From an uncultured Rhodospirillales bacterium (lineage in GTDB: Bacteria > Pseudomonadota > Alphaproteobacteria > RF32 > CAG-239): 64,000 bases of DNA. Both the position numbers and the translations under genes were made by a program. Where the stretch lies: NCBI GenBank assembly GCA_902778645.1, contig CACYYO010000001.1, positions 2,951 to 66,950 on the forward strand. Reading direction: 5' to 3'. Positions 47,279 through 55,655 of the stretch are shown in pieces. How positions within the stretch are numbered: the first letter of the stretch is position 1; every line of letters starts with the position of its first letter. The notes beneath the pieces are model-generated. The model had not been told where the DNA came from and searched no databases. It worked only from the letters and a program-made list of their open reading frames with translations.

Positions 47279-47984
47279 CAAATATATACAGTTCTTTGCC
47301 GTGTTGTTTGAGCCAAGTTTGCCCCTCTTCATAATTCGGGCAGAGAAAGGCAACGCATTGCCAAAAGTTGGCAGAGTGGTCTTGATGAGCTAGGTGACTG
47401 ACCTCGTGTGCAATAATGTAATCAATAACCTCTTTCGGGGCGAGGGCTAAGCGCCAGCTGTAATTGATGTTGTTAAGTGACGAACAACTTCCCCAGCGAG
47501 ATTTAGTGTCTTTGATGGTTACGTCGTGAACTTGGCAATTAATTTTAGCTGCCAATTTTTGTGACAGTTTGAGAAATTTTGTTTGAGCTTCTTTTTTGAT
47601 GAAATCTTTAACCCGTCGGTGTGTGAATTCGCTCCCGCCGGAAACATAGAGAATACCTTTTTCTATGCGCGCTCCCCAGCGTTTTTCCGGCGCATGCTGA
47701 ATTAGGATTTCTTTACCAAACAAGCAGATGTTTTGTCCTGAAGTAAAACGTTGTGTTTTAGGAAGATTACGCAAGCTCTCAATAATCCAGTCTTCATGCA
47801 CTTTTACGAAGCTAACGGCCTGTTTTTGGGTGCAACGAGGCGGAATAGAAAGAACGGGTTGGTGGTCTTTCGTATCTATTCTCAGGGTTAGGCGTTTGGC
47901 ACGAGGCGATTTGATAACCTTCAGCGGAAAATCAAATGCCTCCTGAATATTATAAATCTTGCCAGTCAACAATGTAATTTTCAT
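47274..47984 (-). CDS. YgjP-like (DUF45) metal-dependent hydrolase
   Basis: SPRAKRLTLRI near the N-terminus and the zincin motif IIAHEVSHLAHQDHSANFW. Confidence 0.8.
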   Translation of the reverse strand: MKITLLTGKIYNIQEAFDFPLKVIKSPRAKRLTLRIDTKDHQPVLSIPPRCTQKQAVSFVKVHEDWIIESLRNLPKTQRFTSGQNICLFGKEILIQHAPEKRWGARIEKGILYVSGGSEFTHRRVKDFIKKEAQTKFLKLSQKLAAKINCQVHDVTIKDTKSRWGSCSSLNNINYSWRLALAPKEVIDYIIAHEVSHLAHQDHSANFWQCVAFLCPNYEEGQTWLKQHGKELYIFE

Positions 47985-48450
47985 AATCTTCTATTCCTGT
48001 CTCGCATACTAAAGGTCGACCTTGCAGAGATTGTTTGGCTTGGTGGACACTTTCGGCAATCCCTGTTTTTAAGGGATGCCACTCCGGCAGATCGTATCCG
48101 TTATCCAGTAACCAGTAGGCACATGTTTTCGGAAGCCAACGCGGTTTTTCCCGAATAGCTTTGAGGTCAATATCTCGGCAATCCGGAACTTTTTCAAAAC
48201 GGTGCTCGTAAATTCGGCATAAACAATTATCGCAGTTTAAGAAACGGCAGTAAGTATTGGTGAATTTGATTTTTCCTTTTATCTCAAGTTTATTGAGACA
48301 ACATTTGCCGCAGCCGTCGCACAAAAGCTCCCACTCATGCTTGCTCATCTGCTCAAGTGTTTTATGTTTCCAAAATTCCGGCTCAAGGTTTTGCATATTG
48401 TCAAAACGGCTTTGCGGATTATAGTCTTTTTCCAGTTTATAATCTGTCAT
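47950..48450 (-). CDS. ycgN: UPF0260 (YcgN-like) cysteine-cluster protein, paralog 1
   Basis: FWKHKTLEQMSKHEWELLCDGCGKCCLNKLE, C.C..YE.RF..VPDC and WLPKTCAYWLL...DLPEWHPL all parallel E. coli YcgN. Confidence 0.8.
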   Translation of the reverse strand: MTDYKLEKDYNPQSRFDNMQNLEPEFWKHKTLEQMSKHEWELLCDGCGKCCLNKLEIKGKIKFTNTYCRFLNCDNCLCRIYEHRFEKVPDCRDIDLKAIREKPRWLPKTCAYWLLDNGYDLPEWHPLKTGIAESVHQAKQSLQGRPLVCETGIEDYENYIVDWQDL

Positions 48451-48534
48451 TTTATTTTAGCGAATCGTTGTTGTGTTTTTCTGTTTTATGATTATAATTT
48501 GTAAATATCAAGGAATATTTAAGGAAAAAAAGAA

Positions 48535-48798
48535 ATGTTTGGCTGGTTAGCTGATTTGTTGGTTAAATCTGCAGTTGTGGGTTCGAGTTGTCCTTGTTGC
48601 AACGGGCAAAAAGAACAACTCAAAAAAATGCAAAAAGCTGTTTTGAACGGACAACTTGAAGAAGAGGAAGAATCGGCGTGTCATTGTAGCGATGGCTGTC
48701 ATTGTTCGGGGCACGGGTGTTGTCAGGAAGGGGAAAGTTGCTCCTGTACTTCTCAGAATCGTTCAGATATGAGCATGAGTTATCATTATCAGTTATAA
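48535..48798 (+). CDS. small Cys/His-rich (metallothionein-like) protein
   Basis: 87 codons with 11 Cys and 4 His (SSCPCC, ACHCSDGCHCSGHGCCQEGESCSC). An aagga SD-like sequence lies upstream. No family assigned. Confidence 0.45.
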   Translation: MFGWLADLLVKSAVVGSSCPCCNGQKEQLKKMQKAVLNGQLEEEEESACHCSDGCHCSGHGCCQEGESCSCTSQNRSDMSMSYHYQL

Positions 48799-49188
48799 AT
48801 CCGGCCAGTTGATAATATGGTCCTCGAGCTCATCTTCTTTGACTTTTGTCTCTGAAATACAGCGACCGGAAACAGCCTTTCTGGGCGGTCGAGGGCGATT
48901 TTCAACCAAAGCACGATAGGCGCAGGACGGGGGCATCCATTCAATTTTATCAACATTTTGAGGTGTTAGTTTCAGGCATGTCGGTACAAGCTGACAACGG
49001 TCTTGGTAATGGGTGCAACGGCAGGTTTCGGGGTCCATGTATTGACAGACAACATCTGTATAATAAATATCGTCAGTGTCTTCATCTTGCAGTTTGATGA
49101 GGCAACATTTGCCGCATTGGTTGCACACTGCCTCCCATTCTTCCGCTGTGTAGTCAGAGAGTCTCTTTTTCATCTTTTTTTCTTTCAA
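48793..49188 (-). CDS. UPF0260 (YcgN-like) cysteine-cluster protein, paralog 2
   Basis: YTAEEWEAVCNQCGKCCLIKLQDEDTDDIYYTDVVCQYMDPETCRCTHYQDR and WMPPSCAYRAL. Confidence 0.75.
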   Translation of the reverse strand: MKEKKMKKRLSDYTAEEWEAVCNQCGKCCLIKLQDEDTDDIYYTDVVCQYMDPETCRCTHYQDRCQLVPTCLKLTPQNVDKIEWMPPSCAYRALVENRPRPPRKAVSGRCISETKVKEDELEDHIINWPDL

Positions 49189-49283
49189 AAAGATTGCAAA
49201 CAGATGATGCCGTGAGCATGAGAAGGGAGAAAATGCTTAGGGCGCAAAAACTCACACACATCATTGTATAGCGAATCGCTTTT

Positions 49284-50756
49284 TTAGCCAATTTGTTCAG
49301 GAATATATTCATCTTTCGCTAAGTTTCCGAATTGCGCATAATCACCGTTCCAAAAGAGTTTGGCTGTTCCGGTCGGACCATGACGTTGTTTACCGATAAT
49401 GACTTCTGCAATATTGGCGGTTGCACGGCAACGAGCCTGCCATTCTTCGATACGTGATTGCAAGTGTTCAGGTGTTTCGTTTGCTTTTTGTTTGGGCTCT
49501 TCGTTTTGGATATAATAGTTTTCTCGATAGACAAACATCACAATATCTGCGTCTTGTTCGATAGAGCCTGACTCACGCAAGTCTGACATGACCGGGCGTT
49601 TATCATCACGTTGTTCAACACCACGATTTAATTGTGACAGGGCAATTACCGGAACATTGAGTTCTTTGGCGAGAATTTTCAAGCCACGTGAAATTTCTGA
49701 TAATTCTTGAACACGGTTGCCTTCGTTCTTTTTGCTTCCGGATCCCATAATCAGTTGAATATAATCGATAACGATTAATCCTAATCCTTTATTGCGTTGA
49801 AGACGGCGGGCACGGGAACGAATCGTGTTAATGGTCAGTCCCGGGGTGTCGTCAATATACAAGGGAATTTTTTCTAACTCATGTGCGGCGGTAATAATGC
49901 GGTTGAATTCTGCCGGTTCTAATTTACCGGTACGCATATCTTTGCCGTTGGTTTGGGTAATAGTTGCTAAAATACGGCTTGCCAGTTGGTCTGCGGACAT
50001 TTCCAGCGAGAAAAAGGCAACGCCTTTGTTTTGCGGGTTTAAATTATTATCGTGTGACATATAGTCGGCAACATTGTAGGCAATATTGGTGGCAAGTGCG
50101 GTTTTTCCCATAGCCGGACGACCGGCAATAATAATCAGGTCTGAATTGTTCAGCCCGCCAATCTTGTTATCTAAATCGTCCAGTGCTGTCGGAAGACCGG
50201 AAATTTTACCGTCTTTTTGATAGGCGGCCTCAATGTATTTGACGGAGGAAGTCAATGCTTCTGCAAAGTTCACAAATCCGCCGCGGGAATCGCCTTGATT
50301 CGCAAGGTCATAAAGTTTTTTCTCGGCGCTTTCAATTTGTAGAGTTGCATCATTATCGATATCTTCTTTGATTGCATCATTAACAATTTCATAGCCGGTG
50401 TTGATGAGTTCACGGCGTAAAAATTTGTCGTAGATAAACTGTGCGTAGTATTCAACATTGGTTAACGGGGAAGACGAATCGGCAAGTTTGAGTAAATAAG
50501 GAAAACCGCCAACTTCCTGCAAAGTTCCTTCTTGTTCGAAGTAGTTTTTGAGGGTAATGACATCAGCAACGTGGCCTCGTTGTAAAAGTTTGCTGATAAC
50601 CTCAAAGATTTTGACATGAATTTTATCTGCAAAGTGCTGCGGTTTAAGAAATTCAGAAACTTTTTCGTATGCTTTGTTGTTGGCGAGCAACGCACCAATG
50701 AGAGCTTGCTCGGCTTCAAGATTTTGCGGTAAAACGGCGGGATCAATTTTTTCCAT
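49284..50756 (-). CDS. dnaB: replicative DNA helicase DnaB
   Basis: LPQNLEAEQALIGALL, GRPAMGKTALATNIA (Walker A), FSLEMS and IDYIQLI. Confidence 0.97.
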   Translation of the reverse strand: MEKIDPAVLPQNLEAEQALIGALLANNKAYEKVSEFLKPQHFADKIHVKIFEVISKLLQRGHVADVITLKNYFEQEGTLQEVGGFPYLLKLADSSSPLTNVEYYAQFIYDKFLRRELINTGYEIVNDAIKEDIDNDATLQIESAEKKLYDLANQGDSRGGFVNFAEALTSSVKYIEAAYQKDGKISGLPTALDDLDNKIGGLNNSDLIIIAGRPAMGKTALATNIAYNVADYMSHDNNLNPQNKGVAFFSLEMSADQLASRILATITQTNGKDMRTGKLEPAEFNRIITAAHELEKIPLYIDDTPGLTINTIRSRARRLQRNKGLGLIVIDYIQLIMGSGSKKNEGNRVQELSEISRGLKILAKELNVPVIALSQLNRGVEQRDDKRPVMSDLRESGSIEQDADIVMFVYRENYYIQNEEPKQKANETPEHLQSRIEEWQARCRATANIAEVIIGKQRHGPTGTAKLFWNGDYAQFGNLAKDEYIPEQIG

Positions 50757-50880
50757 AACGGCGACTCTGAGATGTTAAAATAAAGTTTGAGTTCTTATAG
50801 CCGATAGGGGAGGAGATGACAATTATATAAATCTTATTCACAAAGATATAAACAGAGCTATCAACAGGTTTATAAACATA

Positions 50881-50909
50881 AAAAAGCCCTCATCCTTGAG
50901 GGCTTTTTT
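50881..50909 (-). terminator. Rho-independent terminator after rpmB
   Basis: Stem agccctca (50885-50892) pairs with tgagggct (50897-50904). An A-tract lies upstream on the plus strand. Confidence 0.8.
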
Positions 50910-50932
50910 ATACCATGTCATATTCTTTAATC

Positions 50933-51217
50933 TTAAGCTTTTTTGTTTTTCAAAATAGCTTTTTTAATTTTCAGAGCTTCTAAAGATAATTTGTTGTTAG
51001 ATGTTTTTTCCAAATAAGCATCTAAGCCACCATTGTGCTCAATAGAACGTAAAGTTTTTGTACATACTCTGAGGTTGAAACTCTGGTTCAGAGATTCACT
51101 TAACAAAGAAACTACTTGTAAGTTAGGCAAAAAACGGCGACGTGTTTTATTATGAGCGTGGCTGACATTGTTGCCGCTCATAGCGCCGGTGCCTGTGATA
51201 TCGCATTTTTTAGACAT
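50933..51217 (-). CDS. rpmB: 50S ribosomal protein L28
   Basis: MSKKCDITGTGAMSGNNVSHAHNKTRRRFLPNLQ. The start is moved to the internal ATG (the track start is at 51280). Confidence 0.93.
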   Translation of the reverse strand: MSKKCDITGTGAMSGNNVSHAHNKTRRRFLPNLQVVSLLSESLNQSFNLRVCTKTLRSIEHNGGLDAYLEKTSNNKLSLEALKIKKAILKNKKA

Positions 51218-51436
51218 TGTTTGATTCCTTATAAATAAAATGTTTGTTGTGTTATTATACGCAAATTGAAGAGAAGTCAAGAAAAAACATTGATAATTTG
51301 TTATTTTCTAAAACTTGTGAGTCTTTTGAGTTATTTAATACATTCTTTAGAAAAAATGAAATATAGTGAGGGCATTATAATTTAGGCTTTGCTTAAATGT
51401 AATATATTTTTGTATTAACAGTAAAAGGGAAAAATT

Positions 51437-53863
51437 ATGTCAGCACTAAAATTAATGAGTAAAATGGCCGGTGCCGTTTTATTGGTTATGCTTGCAAGTT
51501 TGCAAGGTGCGGCAGCCTCTGAAATTGATTTGAATGTTCCTATGTTGAATGTTCCTTACAATATCTTTGGTATTGCCACCAATGGTGCGCAAATTCTGAC
51601 CTATGGTTTGGGTATTTGCGTGCTGGGTTTGATTTTTGGTCTTTATGAATTTATCAAAATCAAAAAAATGCCGGCTCATGAATCAATGTTGAAAATTTCT
51701 AATTTGATTTATGAGACCTGCAAAACATATATGAAACAACAAGCAAAATTATTGCTCGTTTTGGAATTGTTTATTGCTGTTTGCATCTTTTATTATTTCT
51801 TCTATTTGAACGGCACGCCGTTGCCAAAAGTTCTGACCGTTCTCGGTTGGTCTGTTTTGGGTATTCTGGGGTCATATCTCGTTGCCTGGTTCGGTATGAG
51901 AATTAATACTTATGCTAACTCTCGTACGGCTTTCTTGTCACTAAAAGCAAATCCGTATAGTGTTCAGAGTCTGCCTTTACGTTCAGGTATGTCAATCGGC
52001 GTTTTACTCATTTGCGTCGAATTGATTATGATGATTACTATTCTGTTGTTTGTTGACAGAGATAGTGCCGGTGCATGTTTTATCGGTTTTGCCATCGGTG
52101 AATCTTTAGGTGCTTCCGCCCTTCGTATTTGCGGTGGTATTTTTACCAAAATTGCCGATATCGGTGCTGACTTGATGAAGATTATCTTCAAAATCGATGA
52201 AGATGATGCGCGTAACCCGGGCGTGATTGCCGACTGTACCGGTGATAATGCCGGTGACTCTGTCGGGCCGACTGCTGATGGTTTTGAAACTTATGGCGTG
52301 ACCGGTGTGGCTTTGATTTCTTTCATCGTCTTGGCAGCGGGGATGCAATATGACTATAACGGTCATTTGTTCTTGGTAGCCGGTGGTATTGATATTCAGG
52401 CTCGTTTAATTGTTTGGATTTTCACTATGCGCGTTTTGATGATTTTAACATCAATGGTTGCTTATTGGTTGAACAATGCCGGTTGTAAAGCCGTTTTCGG
52501 CAAAGCCAAATCTTTTAATTTTGAAACCCCGTTGACAACTTTAGTTTGGGCGTCTTCAATTATTTCTATTTTGATGACCTTCGGTGTTTCTTATATTATG
52601 ATTGGTAATATGAGCCCTGATTTATGGTGGAAATTGTCGGTTATTATCAGCTGCGGTACATTTGCAGCAGCAATTATTCCTGAATTTACAAAGATTTTCA
52701 CATCTTCTAAATCTCAGCATGTTCAGGAAATTGTTAATGCCAGCCGTGAAGCCGGTGCGTCTCTGAATATTATTTCAGGTATCATTGCCGGTAACTTCTC
52801 TGCCTTTTGGAAAGGGTTGGTTATGGTCGGTTTGATGGCCGTTGCTTTCTTTACCTCTCGTGAAGGTTTGGACAGCTTTATGGTTTATCCGACAGTGTTT
52901 GCCTTCGGTTTGGTTGCTTTCGGTATGCTCGGTATGGGACCTGTTACCATTGCGGTTGACAGCTATGGTCCGGTAACCGATAATGCGCAATCTGTTTTTG
53001 AGTTGTCTCAGATTGAACAAATTAAGGGTATCGATAAAGAAATCAAAAAAGATTATGGTTTCAAACCTGACTTTGAGACCGGTAAACAGTTGTTGGAAGA
53101 GAACGACTCAGCCGGAAATACCTTTAAGGCGACAGCTAAGCCTGTTTTAATCGGGACAGCGGTTATCGGTGCAACGACAATGATTTTCTCGATTATCTTG
53201 TTGTTGAACTTGCAGTTGAATTTGCTTGATCCGTATGTTTTGTTCGGATTGATGCTCGGTGGTGCGGTTATTTACTGGTTCTCCGGTGCATCTATGCAAG
53301 CAGTTTCTACCGGTGCTTATCGTGCAGTTAACTATATTAAGAAGCATATTAAATTGGACGGCAAAAAAGCTGCTTCAATCGAAGATTCTAAGAATGTGGT
53401 TCGTATTTGCACGGTTTATGCGCAAAAAGGTATGTTCAATATCTTTATCGTTATTTTCTCGTTTACAATTGCGTTTGCTTGCTTCAATGCTAATTTGTTT
53501 GCAAGCTATTTGATTTCAATCGCAGTCTTTGGTTTGTACCAAGCTTTGTATATGGCTAATGCCGGCGGCGCTTGGGATAATGCCAAGAAAGTTGTTGAAG
53601 TTGATTTGCACGAGAAAGGGTCTGACTTGCACGCTGCCGCTGTGGTGGGCGATACGGTCGGTGACCCGTATAAAGATACTTCTTCAGTTGCGTTAAACCC
53701 GATTATTAAGTTTACGACATTGTTCGGATTACTCGCTGTTGAAATGGCAGCTTCTGCGCCGAGATGTGTTGCTTTATCATTGGGTGTTGCGTTCTTTGTT
53801 TTAGGTTTGTATTTCGTATGGCGGTCTTTCTATCGTATGCGAATCGAATCGACAAAGGACTAA
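51437..53863 (+). CDS. hppA: membrane-integral (V-type) pyrophosphatase, long divergent form
   Basis: Recognisable M-PPase blocks: ADIGADL, EDDARNPGVIADCTGDNAGDSVGPTADGFETY, GGAWDNAKK, GDTVGDPYKDTSSVALNPIIKF. At 808 aa it has an N-terminal signal-like extension. Confidence 0.85.
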   Translation: MSALKLMSKMAGAVLLVMLASLQGAAASEIDLNVPMLNVPYNIFGIATNGAQILTYGLGICVLGLIFGLYEFIKIKKMPAHESMLKISNLIYETCKTYMKQQAKLLLVLELFIAVCIFYYFFYLNGTPLPKVLTVLGWSVLGILGSYLVAWFGMRINTYANSRTAFLSLKANPYSVQSLPLRSGMSIGVLLICVELIMMITILLFVDRDSAGACFIGFAIGESLGASALRICGGIFTKIADIGADLMKIIFKIDEDDARNPGVIADCTGDNAGDSVGPTADGFETYGVTGVALISFIVLAAGMQYDYNGHLFLVAGGIDIQARLIVWIFTMRVLMILTSMVAYWLNNAGCKAVFGKAKSFNFETPLTTLVWASSIISILMTFGVSYIMIGNMSPDLWWKLSVIISCGTFAAAIIPEFTKIFTSSKSQHVQEIVNASREAGASLNIISGIIAGNFSAFWKGLVMVGLMAVAFFTSREGLDSFMVYPTVFAFGLVAFGMLGMGPVTIAVDSYGPVTDNAQSVFELSQIEQIKGIDKEIKKDYGFKPDFETGKQLLEENDSAGNTFKATAKPVLIGTAVIGATTMIFSIILLLNLQLNLLDPYVLFGLMLGGAVIYWFSGASMQAVSTGAYRAVNYIKKHIKLDGKKAASIEDSKNVVRICTVYAQKGMFNIFIVIFSFTIAFACFNANLFASYLISIAVFGLYQALYMANAGGAWDNAKKVVEVDLHEKGSDLHAAAVVGDTVGDPYKDTSSVALNPIIKFTTLFGLLAVEMAASAPRCVALSLGVAFFVLGLYFVWRSFYRMRIESTKD

Positions 53864-53880
53864 ACTGATTATCTCAAGTT

Positions 53881-53911
53881 AAAAGCGGAGGAATTTTCCT
53901 CCGCTTTTTTT
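53881..53911 (+). terminator. Rho-independent terminator after hppA
   Basis: Stem gcggagga (53885-53892) pairs with tcctccgc (53897-53904), followed by ttttttt. Confidence 0.85.
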
Positions 53912-53949
53912 GATTGATTATTCTGAAAATGTTGCTTATTATAAAAATG

Positions 53950-54160
53950 GTTTTGATACCGTATTATTATGAGTAAGTGTAGGGAATCCTGAACCTAACA
54001 GAATAACATTATCAAGTGGTTATGCACTTAAAAGACTTGATATTCCTCCGACGGAGGAGTGTCAGGTAATAGGGCTGTAGACTTTGTTTACAGCGGAATA
54101 ATGACTGTATTCTGTTATACAAGGAGCTCCTCCACACCTTAAAAAAGTGTGGATTTTTTT
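53950..54160 (+). ncRNA. candidate structured small RNA or 5' leader (unclassified)
   Basis: Promoter-like TTGATT-17nt-TATTAT (53914-53942). A closing helix pairs 53996-54005 with 54108-54117. Internal hairpins are atcaag/cttgat (54011-16/54036-41), tcctc/gagga (54044-48/54054-58) and gctgta/tacagc. It ends in a terminator hairpin tccacac/gtgtgga followed by T7 (54131-54160). Confidence 0.3.
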
Positions 54161-54178
54161 ATATTTTAGGAGTTCGGT

Positions 54179-54658
54179 ATGATTGAAGAAAAAGTACATA
54201 AGAGCCGTCAAAGATCAAGAGGAAAAAGAGATGACGGTACACCCAATCCGGTTGATATCTACGTTGGTGAACGCGTCAGGCTGCGTCGGCATTTACTGGG
54301 ATTGTCTCAGCAAGAACTTTCTCGGCACTTAGGAATTACTTTTCAACAAATTCAGAAATATGAAAAAGGATGTAATCGGTTGGGGGCCAGTCGACTTTGG
54401 GATATCAGTCGTGTGTTGAAAGTGGGCGTCGAATATTTTTTTCAAGATATGCCCGAAGATATTTTTCGCGAAAGCCCCCGAGCATTGTTTGGTCTGGATG
54501 ATGGTAAAGATGAACAACAAGGTGATTTTCCGCTCGAATACAGAACGGATGCTCAGCAACTTTTGCTTTATTATAACCGTATTCAAGATAAAGAGCATAA
54601 AAAGTTAGTTATTGATGTTGCTAAGGGATTATCTCACAGATTTTTTTCTTCTGAGTAA
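54179..54658 (+). CDS. XRE-family helix-turn-helix transcriptional regulator
   Basis: VGERVRLRRHLLGLSQQELSRHLGITFQQIQKYEKGCNRLGASRLWDISRVLKV. Confidence 0.85.
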   Translation: MIEEKVHKSRQRSRGKRDDGTPNPVDIYVGERVRLRRHLLGLSQQELSRHLGITFQQIQKYEKGCNRLGASRLWDISRVLKVGVEYFFQDMPEDIFRESPRALFGLDDGKDEQQGDFPLEYRTDAQQLLLYYNRIQDKEHKKLVIDVAKGLSHRFFSSE

Positions 54659-55180
54659 AATATACAAAGCGCCGGTGCCGCCCAAGTTTGGGGTAGGGTG
54701 AATGAAGCCCAGAATCAATGGACGAAGTTGCTCGGAATTGAGCCAGACAGGTGTACGTTCTTTCAGCTTTCCTTTCTCTGTAAAAATATCATCATCGGGG
54801 TTATGGTTCTGCCCTTTGCCGGTGATAATCAAAACACATCGTTTGTTGTGTAAATAAGATTGTTTGATAAATTTAAAAACAGATTCATAGGCAAGATTTT
54901 CTGTTTTGCCATGCAGGTCAAGGGTTGCCTCGATTTTGTATTCACAGCGTTTCATGCGGCGCGCCGTTTGTCCGTCCATGTTGCTCAAATCGCCGACATG
55001 CAAGTATGAGAGCTGATAAATATTCGGGATGTTTTTGTAGCTGATGGTCGGGGTTACTTCTTCTATATAAATTGGAGCAGAGGGCGGTTCTTCCGGTTGC
55101 GGGAGACGGTGAACTTTGGAGAGTTCTGCCGCCCATGTTTCAGAATCTTCCGGGGTTATCTCAGGCAACTGATTTTTCAT
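54629..55180 (-). CDS. Smr-domain protein
   Basis: LDLHGKTENLAYESVFKFI......NKRCVLIITGKG. Its 3' end overlaps the convergent XRE gene by 30 nt. Confidence 0.8.
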   Translation of the reverse strand: MKNQLPEITPEDSETWAAELSKVHRLPQPEEPPSAPIYIEEVTPTISYKNIPNIYQLSYLHVGDLSNMDGQTARRMKRCEYKIEATLDLHGKTENLAYESVFKFIKQSYLHNKRCVLIITGKGQNHNPDDDIFTEKGKLKERTPVWLNSEQLRPLILGFIHPTPNLGGTGALYILLRRKKSVR

Positions 55181-55655
55181 GAGAGAGGTCTTCTTCAGAA
55201 GTTTTTTTGTCTGTCATTAAATCAGCAAAGTTTTGAACAATAAACTCTTTCCAGTCTCCTTCGGGGGAGATACAGCCAAGTTTTTTGTTGGCGGCGGTTG
55301 CTATGATTAGCCCACCGAAATTCCACAGTTCCTGACAATGCTGAAAGTCGCGTGTGATGTATTTTTTTGTGCGTTCCAGCAGGCGTTTATCTATAAGGCG
55401 TTTTACGTAAAAATTATAAATCAAAACCATGCCTAAAATGAAGGCGACCCCAAATAAAATCCCGACAACAAAAATTAAAATGACACCGACAATCATCGGA
55501 ATCAACAAGGGCAGCAAATTCTCCCACGGGTTGTAGACAGGGGAATTAGGGCGGTTGATTTTGGTGGTGTCCAGATAAAGGCGCAACAAGTCTTGCTCAA
55601 GAGCCTTGTTGAAAGCCTTATATATCAAGAGTTCTGCTTTATTGGGCTTGACCAT
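55161..55655 (-). CDS. hypothetical membrane protein
   Basis: Two adjacent hydrophobic segments (LLPLLIPMIVGVILIFVVGILFGVAFILGMVLIY). It overlaps the mltA stop by 17 nt and the Smr start by 20 nt. Confidence 0.5.
   Translation of the reverse strand: MVKPNKAELLIYKAFNKALEQDLLRLYLDTTKINRPNSPVYNPWENLLPLLIPMIVGVILIFVVGILFGVAFILGMVLIYNFYVKRLIDKRLLERTKKYITRDFQHCQELWNFGGLIIATAANKKLGCISPEGDWKEFIVQNFADLMTDKKTSEEDLSHEKSVA

Noticed and set aside
49189-49283. Possible terminator between dnaB and the second ycgN paralog (agcgaatcgct followed by tttttt)
   Set aside because: The palindrome leaves a loop of only about 1 nt and a usable stem of about 3 bp. That is too weak to call.
53950-54160. Identity of the structured region as SRP (4.5S) RNA, tmRNA or RNase P RNA
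   Set aside because: GUCAGGU is present, but the conserved SRP helix-8 sequence (UCC-GGAA-GGAAGCAG) is absent. There is no tRNA-like T-arm/CCA end and no tag ORF for tmRNA. It is far too short for RNase P. It is therefore left unclassified.
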